From a virus (taxonomy: Duplodnaviria > Caudoviricetes), in the IMG/VR virus record IMGVR_UViG_3300009093_000043, positions 1 through 64,000 of that record: 64,000 bases of DNA, one strand, 5' to 3'. How positions within the stretch are numbered: the stretch's first letter is position 1; every line of letters starts with the position of its first letter. Positions 19,101 through 28,053 of the stretch are shown piece by piece. Below the pieces are notes generated by a model. That model saw only the letters and a list, made by a program, of their open reading frames with translations, did not search any database and was not told the DNA's origin. A program made the translations under genes and the position numbers.

Positions 19101-21363
19101 CGTCGAGCGCGTAGTCCTGGATCTGGAACCGAGCCGCGGTCCCGACCATCGACATGACCGGAAGCTCGAAGTCCCGGCTCCAGTAGCCGACCGCGGTCGC
19201 GGAAGGGTTCGAGAGCAGGTAGCGATCGCCGTCCGACGTTCCGCTGACGGTTCCCTTCGAGACCCATGGTGAGGACGGGACGGCCGTTCCTTCGTACTGA
19301 ACGGTCGTCGGCTCGATGTCGGCCTCGGCGTAGGGGACCGAGATTCGAGCCGGGGACTGGTTGAGGAGGAGCGTCGTCGGGGAGTTCACCGCCGCCGTGT
19401 ACGCGCGCTCGAAGGCGAGGTAGCGGTGGGCGATTCGGATCGGGGGCTTCCGCGTCGGGTAGATCCCGAGTCCGATCGAGAGCGGGAAGCGGGTCGTGGA
19501 CGTACCGCCGCCGGGGAGGATCCCTGGCGTGGACGTGTTCCGGCCGTTCGCGAGGCTCCACTTGTTCAGCGTGAGGCCGGTCGTGTTGAGGGCCGTGAAT
19601 CCCATCAACGGTCCGGGGAACCAGTTGTAGGAGACTGTCACCGTGTGAGCACCCGAGGCGAACCGAGTGATCGGGGTCGCGAGCGTGATCTCGCCGGTGT
19701 AGGGGTTGACGCTCGCGACCGGAACCGGAGTCCCGTCGAAAAGGACCGTGACGTCCGAGCGCGTCGCCGGGGTCGCGTCGCCCCACGGACGAACGAGCGG
19801 GCCGTTCGCCGTCATGAGGGTCGAGGAGGTCCCGGCCGGGGGCGTGAAGAACTGAGATGAGATGTCCTCGTTCGCGACCGCGATCGGTCCGCGAATTCCG
19901 AGCCGATCGACCTCGACCGAGTATGAGTTCCCGGACGAGGCGACGGGGAACTTCGGCCCGAGGATCCGAAGGAAGTTCACCGCCGGGCGAACTGCCGTTT
20001 CTGGCCCAACGGCTTCCCCTACCGGGCCACCGTTCGCGCCGAGGACCGTCTCTAGGAGGTAGCGGCCAGCGTTCGGGCCCGTAGCGAACGTTAGGACCTC
20101 GTTCGGGGCCGCGAGTGACCAGTCCTGGGCCGAGTCGACGAAGGCGCCCTCGAAGACCGTAGCGAGCCCCGTAAGGGCCGTCGGGGACGTCACGTACGGC
20201 CGGGCCACTGGATCGTCGCCGAACGGGAAGGAAGCCGTCTCCCGGACCTGGTACCGGCCAGCGTTCGGGCCGGAGAGGATCGTGAGAGGGGCGCCAGGAC
20301 GGATCGGCCGGAAGCTGATCGCGTCGTTCAGCGTGTACCGATCGGCGAGGACGACTCCGGTCGCGGAGTCGAGTTCCTTTACGCCTGTGCAGTACTTCCG
20401 GAAATCGTCATAGTAGTACGTGTCGAGGTTGAACTGCTCGATCGCGTCTACGAAGACGTGGCGGTAGGTCTCGCGGAAGAGGTTCCGGTACTCGTAGAGG
20501 ACGTGGGCCGGGCGGAGAGCGCGGAGGACGATCCTCACGTTGTTCGCGAGGATCACCGGAAGCTCGGCGAAGTCCGAGAGGGGATCGTGGGTGTGGGACG
20601 GGAGGCCGACCGCCGAAGCGTCGTCCATCAGCCAGTTCTCGATCGTATGGACGTGAGCCGGGCCCGAGCCGTCGTCCCAGACGATCCCCGTCGTGACGCC
20701 TTCCCCGAGCGCGTTGATCTTCAACGTGTGGTAGTGGGGATCGACGAGGCTCCCCTCGGTCGAGCGGTGGTGGTTCGAGACGTTCACCTCGACCGTGAAT
20801 CGGTCGGCGATCGTCCACCCCACGCCTGGGAGGCCGATGAACTCCTCCTTGTCGAGGAGCGAGACCTCCGCGTCCGTGAGAGCCTCGACACCTTCGAGGA
20901 GGGTGACGTCCGTACTTCCCTGGAGAAGCAGCGTCACCATCTTGTGGAGGAAGGCGCGGTACGAGAGGTCCCCGTCGATCTGAGGGAGACCCGTCTGGGC
21001 GCTCGTCGGGAATACCAGGTCCGCTAGGAACTGAAACAGGACCTCGGGGCGCGTGAAATCGTAGAAGGCATCTTCGTACGCGTCCTCACCGGTGACCTGG
21101 ATCCGAGCGAGTTCCTCGGCGGCAGCCTGGAACTGCTGGACGTAGTTCGGGCCCTTCGTCTGAGAGACGTAGTTGGACGGGAGGGAGTTGATGAAGACGG
21201 TGACGATCTGATCCGCTACGGCGCGGACGCGCGACTCGTCAACCTGCCCTTCCTGGACGAAGGGGGCCGGGTTCTGGGCCGTCGGGCCTGTGACCGACTC
21301 CGGGAGGACGGTGATGAGGCCGTCCTCGGCTCGGCTCTTCGGGGGGATCTCGTCGGCAGCCAT
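16186..21363 (-). CDS. large baseplate wedge / gpI-like tail protein
   Basis: 1725 aa; N-terminal LPSNY...YR.FL..M..LLLQG and LRALRPAHVLY (xPAH motif of gpI-like wedge proteins); His-rich insert. Confidence 0.7.
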   Translation of the reverse strand: MAADEIPPKSRAEDGLITVLPESVTGPTAQNPAPFVQEGQVDESRVRAVADQIVTVFINSLPSNYVSQTKGPNYVQQFQAAAEELARIQVTGEDAYEDAFYDFTRPEVLFQFLADLVFPTSAQTGLPQIDGDLSYRAFLHKMVTLLLQGSTDVTLLEGVEALTDAEVSLLDKEEFIGLPGVGWTIADRFTVEVNVSNHHRSTEGSLVDPHYHTLKINALGEGVTTGIVWDDGSGPAHVHTIENWLMDDASAVGLPSHTHDPLSDFAELPVILANNVRIVLRALRPAHVLYEYRNLFRETYRHVFVDAIEQFNLDTYYYDDFRKYCTGVKELDSATGVVLADRYTLNDAISFRPIRPGAPLTILSGPNAGRYQVRETASFPFGDDPVARPYVTSPTALTGLATVFEGAFVDSAQDWSLAAPNEVLTFATGPNAGRYLLETVLGANGGPVGEAVGPETAVRPAVNFLRILGPKFPVASSGNSYSVEVDRLGIRGPIAVANEDISSQFFTPPAGTSSTLMTANGPLVRPWGDATPATRSDVTVLFDGTPVPVASVNPYTGEITLATPITRFASGAHTVTVSYNWFPGPLMGFTALNTTGLTLNKWSLANGRNTSTPGILPGGGTSTTRFPLSIGLGIYPTRKPPIRIAHRYLAFERAYTAAVNSPTTLLLNQSPARISVPYAEADIEPTTVQYEGTAVPSSPWVSKGTVSGTSDGDRYLLSNPSATAVGYWSRDFELPVMSMVGTAARFQIQDYALDGVFTGVGFGFHNDHRLYLAGALVVNGLKHIGLLARPGEIRDVSSWIVGPKAPGTILSATVVTVPLDSAPRLLTAGNRFQILVGNQTGVYTVDQVFIDSSRNLVTIVVDGPGFPENPALFGNKFADLVFETEWDAGLCTWRLYADTKNDSVQLLFGGATGGSLVTVIGGPILSSPAYLGPDVLPMGSGRYLWGSFSRKATNTTLWDFVRYLSTPDGGTLFSRGTVVDTTMTGNPEDAEWFLTTPYGDSANVSGVLRLTGTPGEASLDTQYGYGLIDPFLDGRRVVALDAHLSLSRDTSGAGGAAISMKDTHREARLGNLLFQNNGGSGKRIFPQATISLVGATTYTSQGWVDFGTPVTFANGPETLISGAGAGTDWLVSKSLPVLTTTDRTVEFRLSVDSFVVSGSGANFIGLMFVADVGGRQIGVAFSGPDSILLCDPSTLGAALLVGSNWSDGVPRTYRLNVSPSGNLVSLYENDILLGTAPFASFPVFIAPSDGVSFGYLDLESGASFEASLFSLSLFENIVGVSNLHRTFGIWKGGDFGDLDNWEIPRTDGLSVPNSDPSSVIVEMDWTSECWVRLFVDPTFGAIFLRPDLNPPSGYTGDFATQSLDPTAAWARVEYARLPRSTSDTRFGSVFFGKLNPAASSLQLWNEVRYRVFTHTSIDYRAPQKMVLNQWNVISSGEYLKDFTPEQVVVASLTTTRVSIRPAHIFANRVFQVIVEGVPLSPATWRFNSDSQEITLSNALPSAGFPVTIVFAVSKPITNTYLESQPLQESQTVLNEGTPPVPMSQVGEATVTTVSGDGGPTPAFPPAGPVDPNYFLRDQYLVRQFNDDPNVLYEQMDFFQLDDGGSEGKISSFCDGPGNGTGLRELGIDGASYSENFGYTGSGTASGPFPGPGPGVLSTFLRASGGAAGVLGLLGPASYVTPYSGPNPLPTGLRPAILTPNWPSAGVVPGSGGGGVDREVIIILTP

Positions 21364-21378
21364 CTCCCCACTGTACGG

Positions 21379-21876
21379 TCATCGGGGGGATACCGATCTC
21401 CCCAAAAAGAATCGGATGGAATCGTTGAGAGGTCCCGTCGTCAAATCCTCAACAGACACATCTCTCTTCAACCGCCGCGAGAGGCAGGTCAAGCAAACCC
21501 AACCGTGAGGAGAACCCGCTTCTTCCCACACTTGGGACGTAACCTCGTACTCGGAGGCGAAACTTCCGCAATCCATACACCCGATATTCATACGACTTTG
21601 AGTCGTGTACCCCATTCCCGCACAGTGACGACAAGTGATCAAAGATGGGTCGACCTCGGAGTGGACCACCTGCGTCCAGGTCTTTTGAAGACCTCCCAAC
21701 GAGTTCCAATTTCTCAAGACCTTCTCGACGTCGGGGGCGACCTGGTCGTCTGGTACACGCCCCAACCCAGCTTCCACCAAAAGCTCGTAATGGCGCGTGA
21801 GATGCTTGGTCAGCGCCTCGAACATCTTCATAGTGGAGCGGAAGATCGCACGCTCCCTAGCGTTGAAGTCTTTCAC
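21379..21876 (-). CDS. hypothetical Zn-ribbon protein
   Basis: 165 aa; CRHC, CMDC and CLTC motifs. Confidence 0.6.
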   Translation of the reverse strand: MKDFNARERAIFRSTMKMFEALTKHLTRHYELLVEAGLGRVPDDQVAPDVEKVLRNWNSLGGLQKTWTQVVHSEVDPSLITCRHCAGMGYTTQSRMNIGCMDCGSFASEYEVTSQVWEEAGSPHGWVCLTCLSRRLKRDVSVEDLTTGPLNDSIRFFLGRSVSPR

Positions 21877-22484
21877 TTCCCAGCTGCCTCTCGCTTGGCT
21901 GCCTCTCGCTTGAGTCTCTTCACTTCAGTGATCTTCTTCGCCGTCTTGTACAGCGTTTTCTCTCGCCTCTTCGTCTCGGCAGCCTTGAGGGCAGCTTGGT
22001 GATATCGCTCTTTCTGTTCTTCCTCTTTGGCTTCCTTCTTCAGATTCTCGATAGCCGCGGGCCAAAGAAGGTGGATCATCAACGAGAGACGTTTCTCGAA
22101 CGAGAGGAAATACCGACCATTCTTTTTGCTGACCAACCGAGAGGGGGGTCGCTCGAACTGACCCACGTGAGCCACGCTCACACCGGTCGCCTTCGAGACT
22201 TGAAGATGGGTTTCCTGACGTTTCTCTCGCTCCTCTCGGAACTTCCGCCCGGGGTAATGGGCGTCCAAAAAGGCAGACCCGCATTCTTCCATGTGTCGAG
22301 CGAACTTCGGGTCGAGGTACGCCGCCTGTGCGTACAGCTTCGCGGTCTTCGCGATCGAAGCCGGGAAGGGCGAGTCCGATTCCAGATCCTCTGGACCGGT
22401 CGGCAGTTCTCGGGCCATTTCCGTCATATCTCTCACGAAAGCGGAGATCGCGTCGGAAATCGCCGGTGTGTCGTCGAAGCTCAT
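21873..22484 (-). CDS. hypothetical protein
   Basis: 203 aa ORF with overlapping start/stop coupling. Confidence 0.6.
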   Translation of the reverse strand: MSFDDTPAISDAISAFVRDMTEMARELPTGPEDLESDSPFPASIAKTAKLYAQAAYLDPKFARHMEECGSAFLDAHYPGRKFREEREKRQETHLQVSKATGVSVAHVGQFERPPSRLVSKKNGRYFLSFEKRLSLMIHLLWPAAIENLKKEAKEEEQKERYHQAALKAAETKRREKTLYKTAKKITEVKRLKREAAKREAAGK

Positions 22485-22518
22485 ATCCAGGTAACGGACG
22501 AGGGGGACCGTTCTACAC

Positions 22519-22950
22519 TCACAAAGCGCCGAGAACGGAAAGGAGTCGGACGGTGGCGGATCGGACTCCGGCGGGGGTCTTGGCGTTCCTCTTGGCCTGA
22601 ACGAAGTTCTTCGCGGCCCGGAAGACCTTCGCCTCCTCTTCGGAGAGGCCCTTCGTGCCTCGAAGATGGAGCTGGGGGTTCCACATCATGGGGTGGGCCC
22701 CCTTCACAACGACGAAAACGTCAGCGAGATTGCCCTTCCGAGTAGGACGCTTACCCTTTCTCAGAAGCATCCCACACTCCACCAGTTCCTTCAGCCGAGG
22801 GCTGATAGCTTCGTGGCTGTGGGCCCCCTCGAAGAACTCGACTACCTCTTGGGTGATCACGCCCTCGGCGCCCCTATCGTTCGCGAAAGCGAACACCTTG
22901 AGCCAAAGCGGGGGACGGTTCGGGTTCAGGCGAAGATTCGACTTGGGCAT
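22519..22950 (-). CDS. winged-helix DNA-binding protein
   Basis: ITQEV...ISPRLKELVECGML.R.G.R.TR.G..A.V, a common phage wHTH pattern. Confidence 0.6.
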   Translation of the reverse strand: MPKSNLRLNPNRPPLWLKVFAFANDRGAEGVITQEVVEFFEGAHSHEAISPRLKELVECGMLLRKGKRPTRKGNLADVFVVVKGAHPMMWNPQLHLRGTKGLSEEEAKVFRAAKNFVQAKRNAKTPAGVRSATVRLLSVLGAL

Positions 22951-23657
22951 GTTCGAGAGTCCTGCTGACGAGACTTACGGCCGATCGTGAAAAACATCAT
23001 CATGGTCTTCGAATTCGGACCGGTTCCACCATAGTAGTAGGCGTCGTCTGGTTGTTCCCACCCCGTGGACGAAGCCAATTCCATCAAACCCGAGGTCGAG
23101 GCCACCTCTCGAATTTCGTCGAAGTCGAGGTCGAACCGATGGGGGTAAGAACGAGCCGCTATGAAGTTCGCCGAGATAACGAACTCGCCCGGAATTTCGT
23201 TGAGAAGGGAGACCGTACGACGAACTGCGCGGAAAGCGGCCTTCGGTTCCGCCGTCGAATCGAACCAAAGAAAGCAGGGCTTCAGCTTCTTTCGATTGGC
23301 CAGATCATGGAGTACGTCGAGCCACTCCCCATGTAGAAACCGGGCGGCCTGGTAGGGGGTTCCCTTCACGGCCGCCCGGTTCGCCTCCACAACTTCAAGG
23401 TCGCGGTCGATCCCGAGGATCCCTGAAGGGGAAACGAACTTCCGATCGACCAGGAAGGGGACTTCGGAGTTGCCTCGAAGTCGCCCGTTCGAATCGGACA
23501 ACTTCCCCGTAAGGGAGATCATCCTCCCCCCTGGGCATCGATCTGAACCGGTAAACGTTCGACAAGCCGCGATAGTGGCCTGTTCCCGAGAGAGAACCTT
23601 TCGATTACAGGACCAATCCTTCGTTCGGATCCGGTCGATCTTCATGAGAGCTTCCAC
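22926..23657 (-). CDS. class I SAM-dependent methyltransferase-like protein
   Basis: ILGIDRD (acidic end of beta2), FLHGEW and FLWFDS fit Rossmann MTase strand order; divergent. Confidence 0.4.
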   Translation of the reverse strand: MEALMKIDRIRTKDWSCNRKVLSREQATIAACRTFTGSDRCPGGRMISLTGKLSDSNGRLRGNSEVPFLVDRKFVSPSGILGIDRDLEVVEANRAAVKGTPYQAARFLHGEWLDVLHDLANRKKLKPCFLWFDSTAEPKAAFRAVRRTVSLLNEIPGEFVISANFIAARSYPHRFDLDFDEIREVASTSGLMELASSTGWEQPDDAYYYGGTGPNSKTMMMFFTIGRKSRQQDSRTCPSRIFA

Positions 23658-25648
23658 TTATCGAGCATGCGAAGCATCTCCCGCTTCGACTTATCCGGGT
23701 CCTTCTTGACCCCATAGACCTTCGAGTATCGAGCTTCCGGCCGAGGGCCGATCTTCCCGATCGCGGTTCGAACCTCAGACCAGGTCTTACACCCAAGCCC
23801 CGCCTTGAAGGAATCGAAGATTTGGTTGTAAGGATCCCTGGTGAGGAGAGACACCCCGTTAAGGAGCTTCCCGTCTTGGACTCGGGACGGGGAGAAGAAC
23901 CTCTCCAGGGCAGTCTTAGTCTCCCGTCGTTCCGTCTCGGTGTAAGAGGGGTTGGAGGAGAAGAACTTCTCGGCTTCCTCCTGAGCGATCCTAATCACAT
24001 CGTCGACACCTCGGGAGACCCCCGAATCCCCCTCCCTGAGGAGCGACCTCGGAATGGTCTCAAGGACTAGCTCAACCGCCCTGGTCACCTTCTCCGACGC
24101 GTTGTACCCCAAAATTTCGGACCGGCGCGACTGCCAATCGAAGGTCATGAACATGAGAAGCATGTTCAGGTAGTAATCCAGGTAGGTTTCGTCGATCTCT
24201 TTCCCGAAGGTCGGAAGGATCACGTTGAACTCCACCGACTCTTTTCCAGGAACGTCTCGGAGAAGTCGCCCGAGCATTTGGATCATGTCCAGCGTCGAGT
24301 TCCTAGGAGCCATGAGAATCACTTGACGAAGAGTGGGGAAATCGCTGCCTTCGCGAAACATGTTGTTCGAGAAGAGGACGTTCGGAGCTTTACGGCCTTG
24401 GTCGAGCCGAGCGAGAGAGATTTCCTTGCGGAAATACTTTGCTGAGTTCGAGATACCTTCGCGGACCTGATCGGCCAACTCTTGGCGTTCCATCAGGTTC
24501 GAGTCGTCGATGAAGTCCACTACCGTTACGGGCTCCCCCTCGATCAGGCCGACTCCGTTTTCGACCTTGAGGCACTGGAAGAGACGGTCCCGAACATCGA
24601 ACTTCGTCGGCTTCTTACCGTCTGTCCCGTAGGCCTTGTAGAAGTTGGAGTTGGGGGCGGGCAGGTAGACCAAATTGTGGTTATGGTTGTGGGCCTGAAG
24701 GGCGGCCTTGTCCTTCGACAAACAGTACAGGACGGCCTCGTAGGGGTTGTCGGCGAAGATCAAGTTGAGATGAACGCGCTTCAGGTACCTCATCGAAGCC
24801 ATGTGGTCGTCGAGGTGGCGGACATACCTGCCCGGATCGAAAAGCTCGCGAGCCCAAGAGGGGACGATCTCGTCGAGAGTCGAACGAAACCAAGTAGCCG
24901 TAACCAAGAGAAGGGGTCCCGGCTTCTTTTCGATGTACTGTAGGACGATCCGACCAATGCCGTTGTTGATGAGAATCAACTCCTCTTTGTTGTTCGGGTT
25001 TTCCCGAGCCGAACACAACGAGTGATGGGCTTCGTCGATAGTGAGAGAGACTCCCTTCCACGGATTTTCAGGTCGTCTCTCTCGAAGGATCTTGTCCACC
25101 GCCACGAGCATCGCGTGTGTGCAAACGATCAGGTTCTCCGAGAGTACCTTTCGGGGACCCTTGAGGATGCGGGCGACGATCTCCTCGGCGGTGGTCTCCC
25201 CAACCTTCATCTCAGCGTCGTAGACGAGAGTCTCGACCAGCGGGACCAGCTTGCCGTTCTCTCGAACGAAACGCTTCCTTTTCCCCTTCGGTTTGAACTC
25301 GAAGACGAGTGTCTCCGAGAAGTTGGTCCCGACCGAATGAGTGGGTCCGGCGATCACAGAGATGAAACCGGCCATCGCGTCCTTGACCGCGAGAGCCATC
25401 TGGATCCTCGACTTGCCGGCGCCTGTGGGGGCGATGAGCGTTCGGTACCGGTGGTCGAGAAACTTCTCGATCGCCTCGTTCTGGAAGCCGTCAATGTTCG
25501 AGATCCCTCGCCGCCGTCGGGTTTCCCGATTGGCCGAAGGAATTACGTACCGGACGAACTTCAATCCCTTTTCGGAGGTCAGCTCGGTACGGGTGGGGTT
25601 GTAGATGATAGGGCGACGAGCCGCCTTCTCGGACTTCTTTTTTCCCAT
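23642..25648 (-). CDS. superfamily 2 (DEAH, type III Res-like) helicase
   Basis: Walker A IAPTGAGKS, DEAH (IDEAHH), motif III VTAT, motif V REGSDFP, motif VI QMLGRLLR. Confidence 0.9.
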   Translation of the reverse strand: MGKKKSEKAARRPIIYNPTRTELTSEKGLKFVRYVIPSANRETRRRRGISNIDGFQNEAIEKFLDHRYRTLIAPTGAGKSRIQMALAVKDAMAGFISVIAGPTHSVGTNFSETLVFEFKPKGKRKRFVRENGKLVPLVETLVYDAEMKVGETTAEEIVARILKGPRKVLSENLIVCTHAMLVAVDKILRERRPENPWKGVSLTIDEAHHSLCSARENPNNKEELILINNGIGRIVLQYIEKKPGPLLLVTATWFRSTLDEIVPSWARELFDPGRYVRHLDDHMASMRYLKRVHLNLIFADNPYEAVLYCLSKDKAALQAHNHNHNLVYLPAPNSNFYKAYGTDGKKPTKFDVRDRLFQCLKVENGVGLIEGEPVTVVDFIDDSNLMERQELADQVREGISNSAKYFRKEISLARLDQGRKAPNVLFSNNMFREGSDFPTLRQVILMAPRNSTLDMIQMLGRLLRDVPGKESVEFNVILPTFGKEIDETYLDYYLNMLLMFMTFDWQSRRSEILGYNASEKVTRAVELVLETIPRSLLREGDSGVSRGVDDVIRIAQEEAEKFFSSNPSYTETERRETKTALERFFSPSRVQDGKLLNGVSLLTRDPYNQIFDSFKAGLGCKTWSEVRTAIGKIGPRPEARYSKVYGVKKDPDKSKREMLRMLDKWKLS

Positions 25649-25669
25649 GAACCAGGTTTCCTTACGCCC

Positions 25670-26356
25670 TCAGCCCACCGCGTCCAGGACGCGGATCGAG
25701 GCGGCCTCGTAGCGGGCGAGGACCTTCTTCAGGTCGGCGTGGCTCGCGATCAGGTTCTCTTCGGCCTCGGCGACCTCGGCCGTAGCCTCGACGAGAAGCG
25801 CGCGGGCGTCCTGGGCCTCGCGGAAGTTGGTCGTACCACGGATCAACTCGCGGGCCGCGTCTCGGTTCGCGCGGGCTTCCTCGACACGCTTCGCGTCGGC
25901 TGCGGCCGTTCGGCGCGAGCCTTCGATGAGGTCCGCCTCGCGGTCGGCGACGATCCGCTCCATCGCCTGGATCTCGGCCCGGCGGTCACGGATCGCGCGC
26001 TTCGTCTTGAGGATCGCGTCGATCTCCCGATCGAGGTCGTCCCGGTCGTCGATCTCATACTCGCCGGATTCCTCGGCGTGGCGGATCGTGTAGGTGAAGG
26101 TGCTGACGTCGATGGGCGGGAGAACAACACCTCCGACGCTGTAAGGCGTGTTCGCTCGGTGGCCCCAGATCGTATGCCACACCGGACAAGAACCGGTCTC
26201 CGCCCACTCGGCGCGTTCGATGCCGAACTCGTCGGAGAAGATCCGGGCGATCGTAAGAAAGGCGCCGCTTTCCGAGATCCAGACGGATCCGGGAACCTTC
26301 GCCGACATGCGCTGCTGCTTTTCCTGATCCGAGAGCCTGGGTCGCTTGATAGCCAT
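25670..26356 (-). CDS. hypothetical coiled-coil protein
   Basis: 228 aa; GGAGG Shine-Dalgarno. Confidence 0.65.
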   Translation of the reverse strand: MAIKRPRLSDQEKQQRMSAKVPGSVWISESGAFLTIARIFSDEFGIERAEWAETGSCPVWHTIWGHRANTPYSVGGVVLPPIDVSTFTYTIRHAEESGEYEIDDRDDLDREIDAILKTKRAIRDRRAEIQAMERIVADREADLIEGSRRTAAADAKRVEEARANRDAARELIRGTTNFREAQDARALLVEATAEVAEAEENLIASHADLKKVLARYEAASIRVLDAVG

Positions 26357-26410
26357 CGTCGTAGCCTCCGGATACCTAACGGACGACTTCCAATTCGTTA
26401 CACTCGTTTT

Positions 26411-26746
26411 TCAGGCGGCGACGGAAACCCGAACGGAAACCTGGGCTTCCAGGTCTCGAAGATGGGTCTCGGCGGCGGCGCGGAGCGGCCCGGAGACTCC
26501 CTTCCGGTCGAGTTCCCGCAGCGCCTTCTGGGCCCGCTCGATTCGAAGGGCCAGTCGGCTCTTCTCGTCCGTTCGGTAGAAGGGGAGGATCGTCGCGAAG
26601 ACCTTGGGTCGGCTGGTGAGGTGGTAACCCCCGCAGAAACCACAGTCGTAGACGCGAAGTCCGCGCTTCTTCCCGAACTTCAAGGCCTCGTCTTCCGTGC
26701 GGAAACGACACTTCGACCCGCAGGAACGATGTTCTTCTCGGTTCAT
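26411..26746 (-). CDS. small phage Zn-binding protein
   Basis: C.SK.RF....A......RVY.C.FCGGYHLTS motif. Confidence 0.7.
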   Translation of the reverse strand: MNREEHRSCGSKCRFRTEDEALKFGKKRGLRVYDCGFCGGYHLTSRPKVFATILPFYRTDEKSRLALRIERAQKALRELDRKGVSGPLRAAAETHLRDLEAQVSVRVSVAA

Positions 26747-26812
26747 GGTAGCCTCCGTTCGGATAACGGGCGGAGGCGGGGTTTCTACACTCCTCGGGGG
26801 TAAGATCCGGGA

Positions 26813-27187
26813 ATGGACACCACGAAGCTCGACCGATTCGCTTGGAACTTCACCAGGGAAGGACTTTCTACCCAGGTGGCGAACCTCTTCACCTCCTACT
26901 CGGAGAAGGGGCTCTGGCCCTCGAAGTTCTTCATGAACTCGAACGACTACGCGACGGTTCGCCGGTTCGGAGCCGGGATCCTGGAGCTGTCGGTTCAGGC
27001 CGAGCTACTGAAGGAGGGCCTCATGGGCTTCTTCTTCGGCGCGAAGATCTACACGAGCCCGGAAGTGGAGCCGGGGTTCTACTACGTCGAGACCGAGCCC
27101 TCGATCCCGAGGAACGTCGACCCCTTCTACGACCTCGTGGCGGAGAAGCTCCACTACGAACGTCGAGAGCGTCGAGAGGAGGAGTAA
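26813..27187 (+). CDS. hypothetical protein resembling an isolated HK97-fold major-capsid A-domain fragment
   Basis: FFMNSNDYATVRRFG...LLKEGLMGFFFGAKIYTSPEVEPGFYYV matches the hMNp.d...G.l.G.pv..s..vp.g..y capsid pattern. Confidence 0.5.
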   Translation: MDTTKLDRFAWNFTREGLSTQVANLFTSYSEKGLWPSKFFMNSNDYATVRRFGAGILELSVQAELLKEGLMGFFFGAKIYTSPEVEPGFYYVETEPSIPRNVDPFYDLVAEKLHYERRERREEE

Positions 27188-27196
27188 CTCCTCCGA

Positions 27197-27865
27197 ATGC
27201 CGGTGAAGTTCATCAAACTCGTTCGCCACGGTGAGTCCGAGGCGAACGAGAACAAAGAGGTCCTTCTCGAAAAAGCTGACCATGACATCAACCTCTCCGA
27301 GAAGGGGAGGGCTCAGGCGAAGGAGTGCGGTCAGTTCCTTCGCGAGTGGTGCCACAACCGTATCGTCTCCACGGACGGGACGGTCGGTCCGAAGATCCGC
27401 CTCTGGCACTCGCCCTATCTCCGTGCGATCCAGACCGCCGATCTCATCCGCGAGGAGATGGGTCCTCAGATCCTCGACGTCCGGGAGCACTTCCTCCTCG
27501 GTGAGCAGCAGTTCGGTCTCTTCGACGGGATCCACGATCACGAGATCGGCAACCACTTCCCGGTCGAGGACGCCTACTACAAGAAGCACATGAGGTCGCG
27601 GACGAAGTTCTGGGCGAAGATGCCGCTGGGCGAGTCGCGTTTCGACGTCACCCAGCGCGTCCACCAGTCCTTCGGGACGTTCCAGCGAGACGCGGAGCAG
27701 AACGGGATCGAGCACCTCGTGATCGTCGCCCACGGGATCGTGATCCGCGCCTTCGTCATGGCGTGGTGCCGGAAGACGATCGACTGGTTCGAGAAGGAGA
27801 AGAACCCGACGAACTGTTCGGTGAGACTGATCGAAGGGACCGAAGACCGGGGGTACATCCGATGA
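27197..27865 (+). CDS. histidine phosphatase (phosphoglycerate mutase family)
   Basis: LVRHGESEAN, SPYLRAIQTA, LGE, GES and VAHG motifs. Confidence 0.92.
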   Translation: MPVKFIKLVRHGESEANENKEVLLEKADHDINLSEKGRAQAKECGQFLREWCHNRIVSTDGTVGPKIRLWHSPYLRAIQTADLIREEMGPQILDVREHFLLGEQQFGLFDGIHDHEIGNHFPVEDAYYKKHMRSRTKFWAKMPLGESRFDVTQRVHQSFGTFQRDAEQNGIEHLVIVAHGIVIRAFVMAWCRKTIDWFEKEKNPTNCSVRLIEGTEDRGYIR

Positions 27866-28053
27866 TCACGGACCGAATGCTCGCAGCAGAGGTGATGATC
27901 CTGAAGCGCTTCCGCTCTGGTTGGCGCCAACGCCACCGGCTCGACGAGTTCGCTCGGGGGTTCGAGTCGATGAAGCTCGGAGGCTACGTCCAGGCGCTCC
28001 GCGCGATCCGCGAATCGAGAACTGCTCGCGAGCGTAAGAACCGACATGGCTGA
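27862..28053 (+). CDS. hypothetical protein
   Basis: 63 aa from ATG 27862 (ATGA overlap). Confidence 0.5.
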   Translation: MITDRMLAAEVMILKRFRSGWRQRHRLDEFARGFESMKLGGYVQALRAIRESRTARERKNRHG

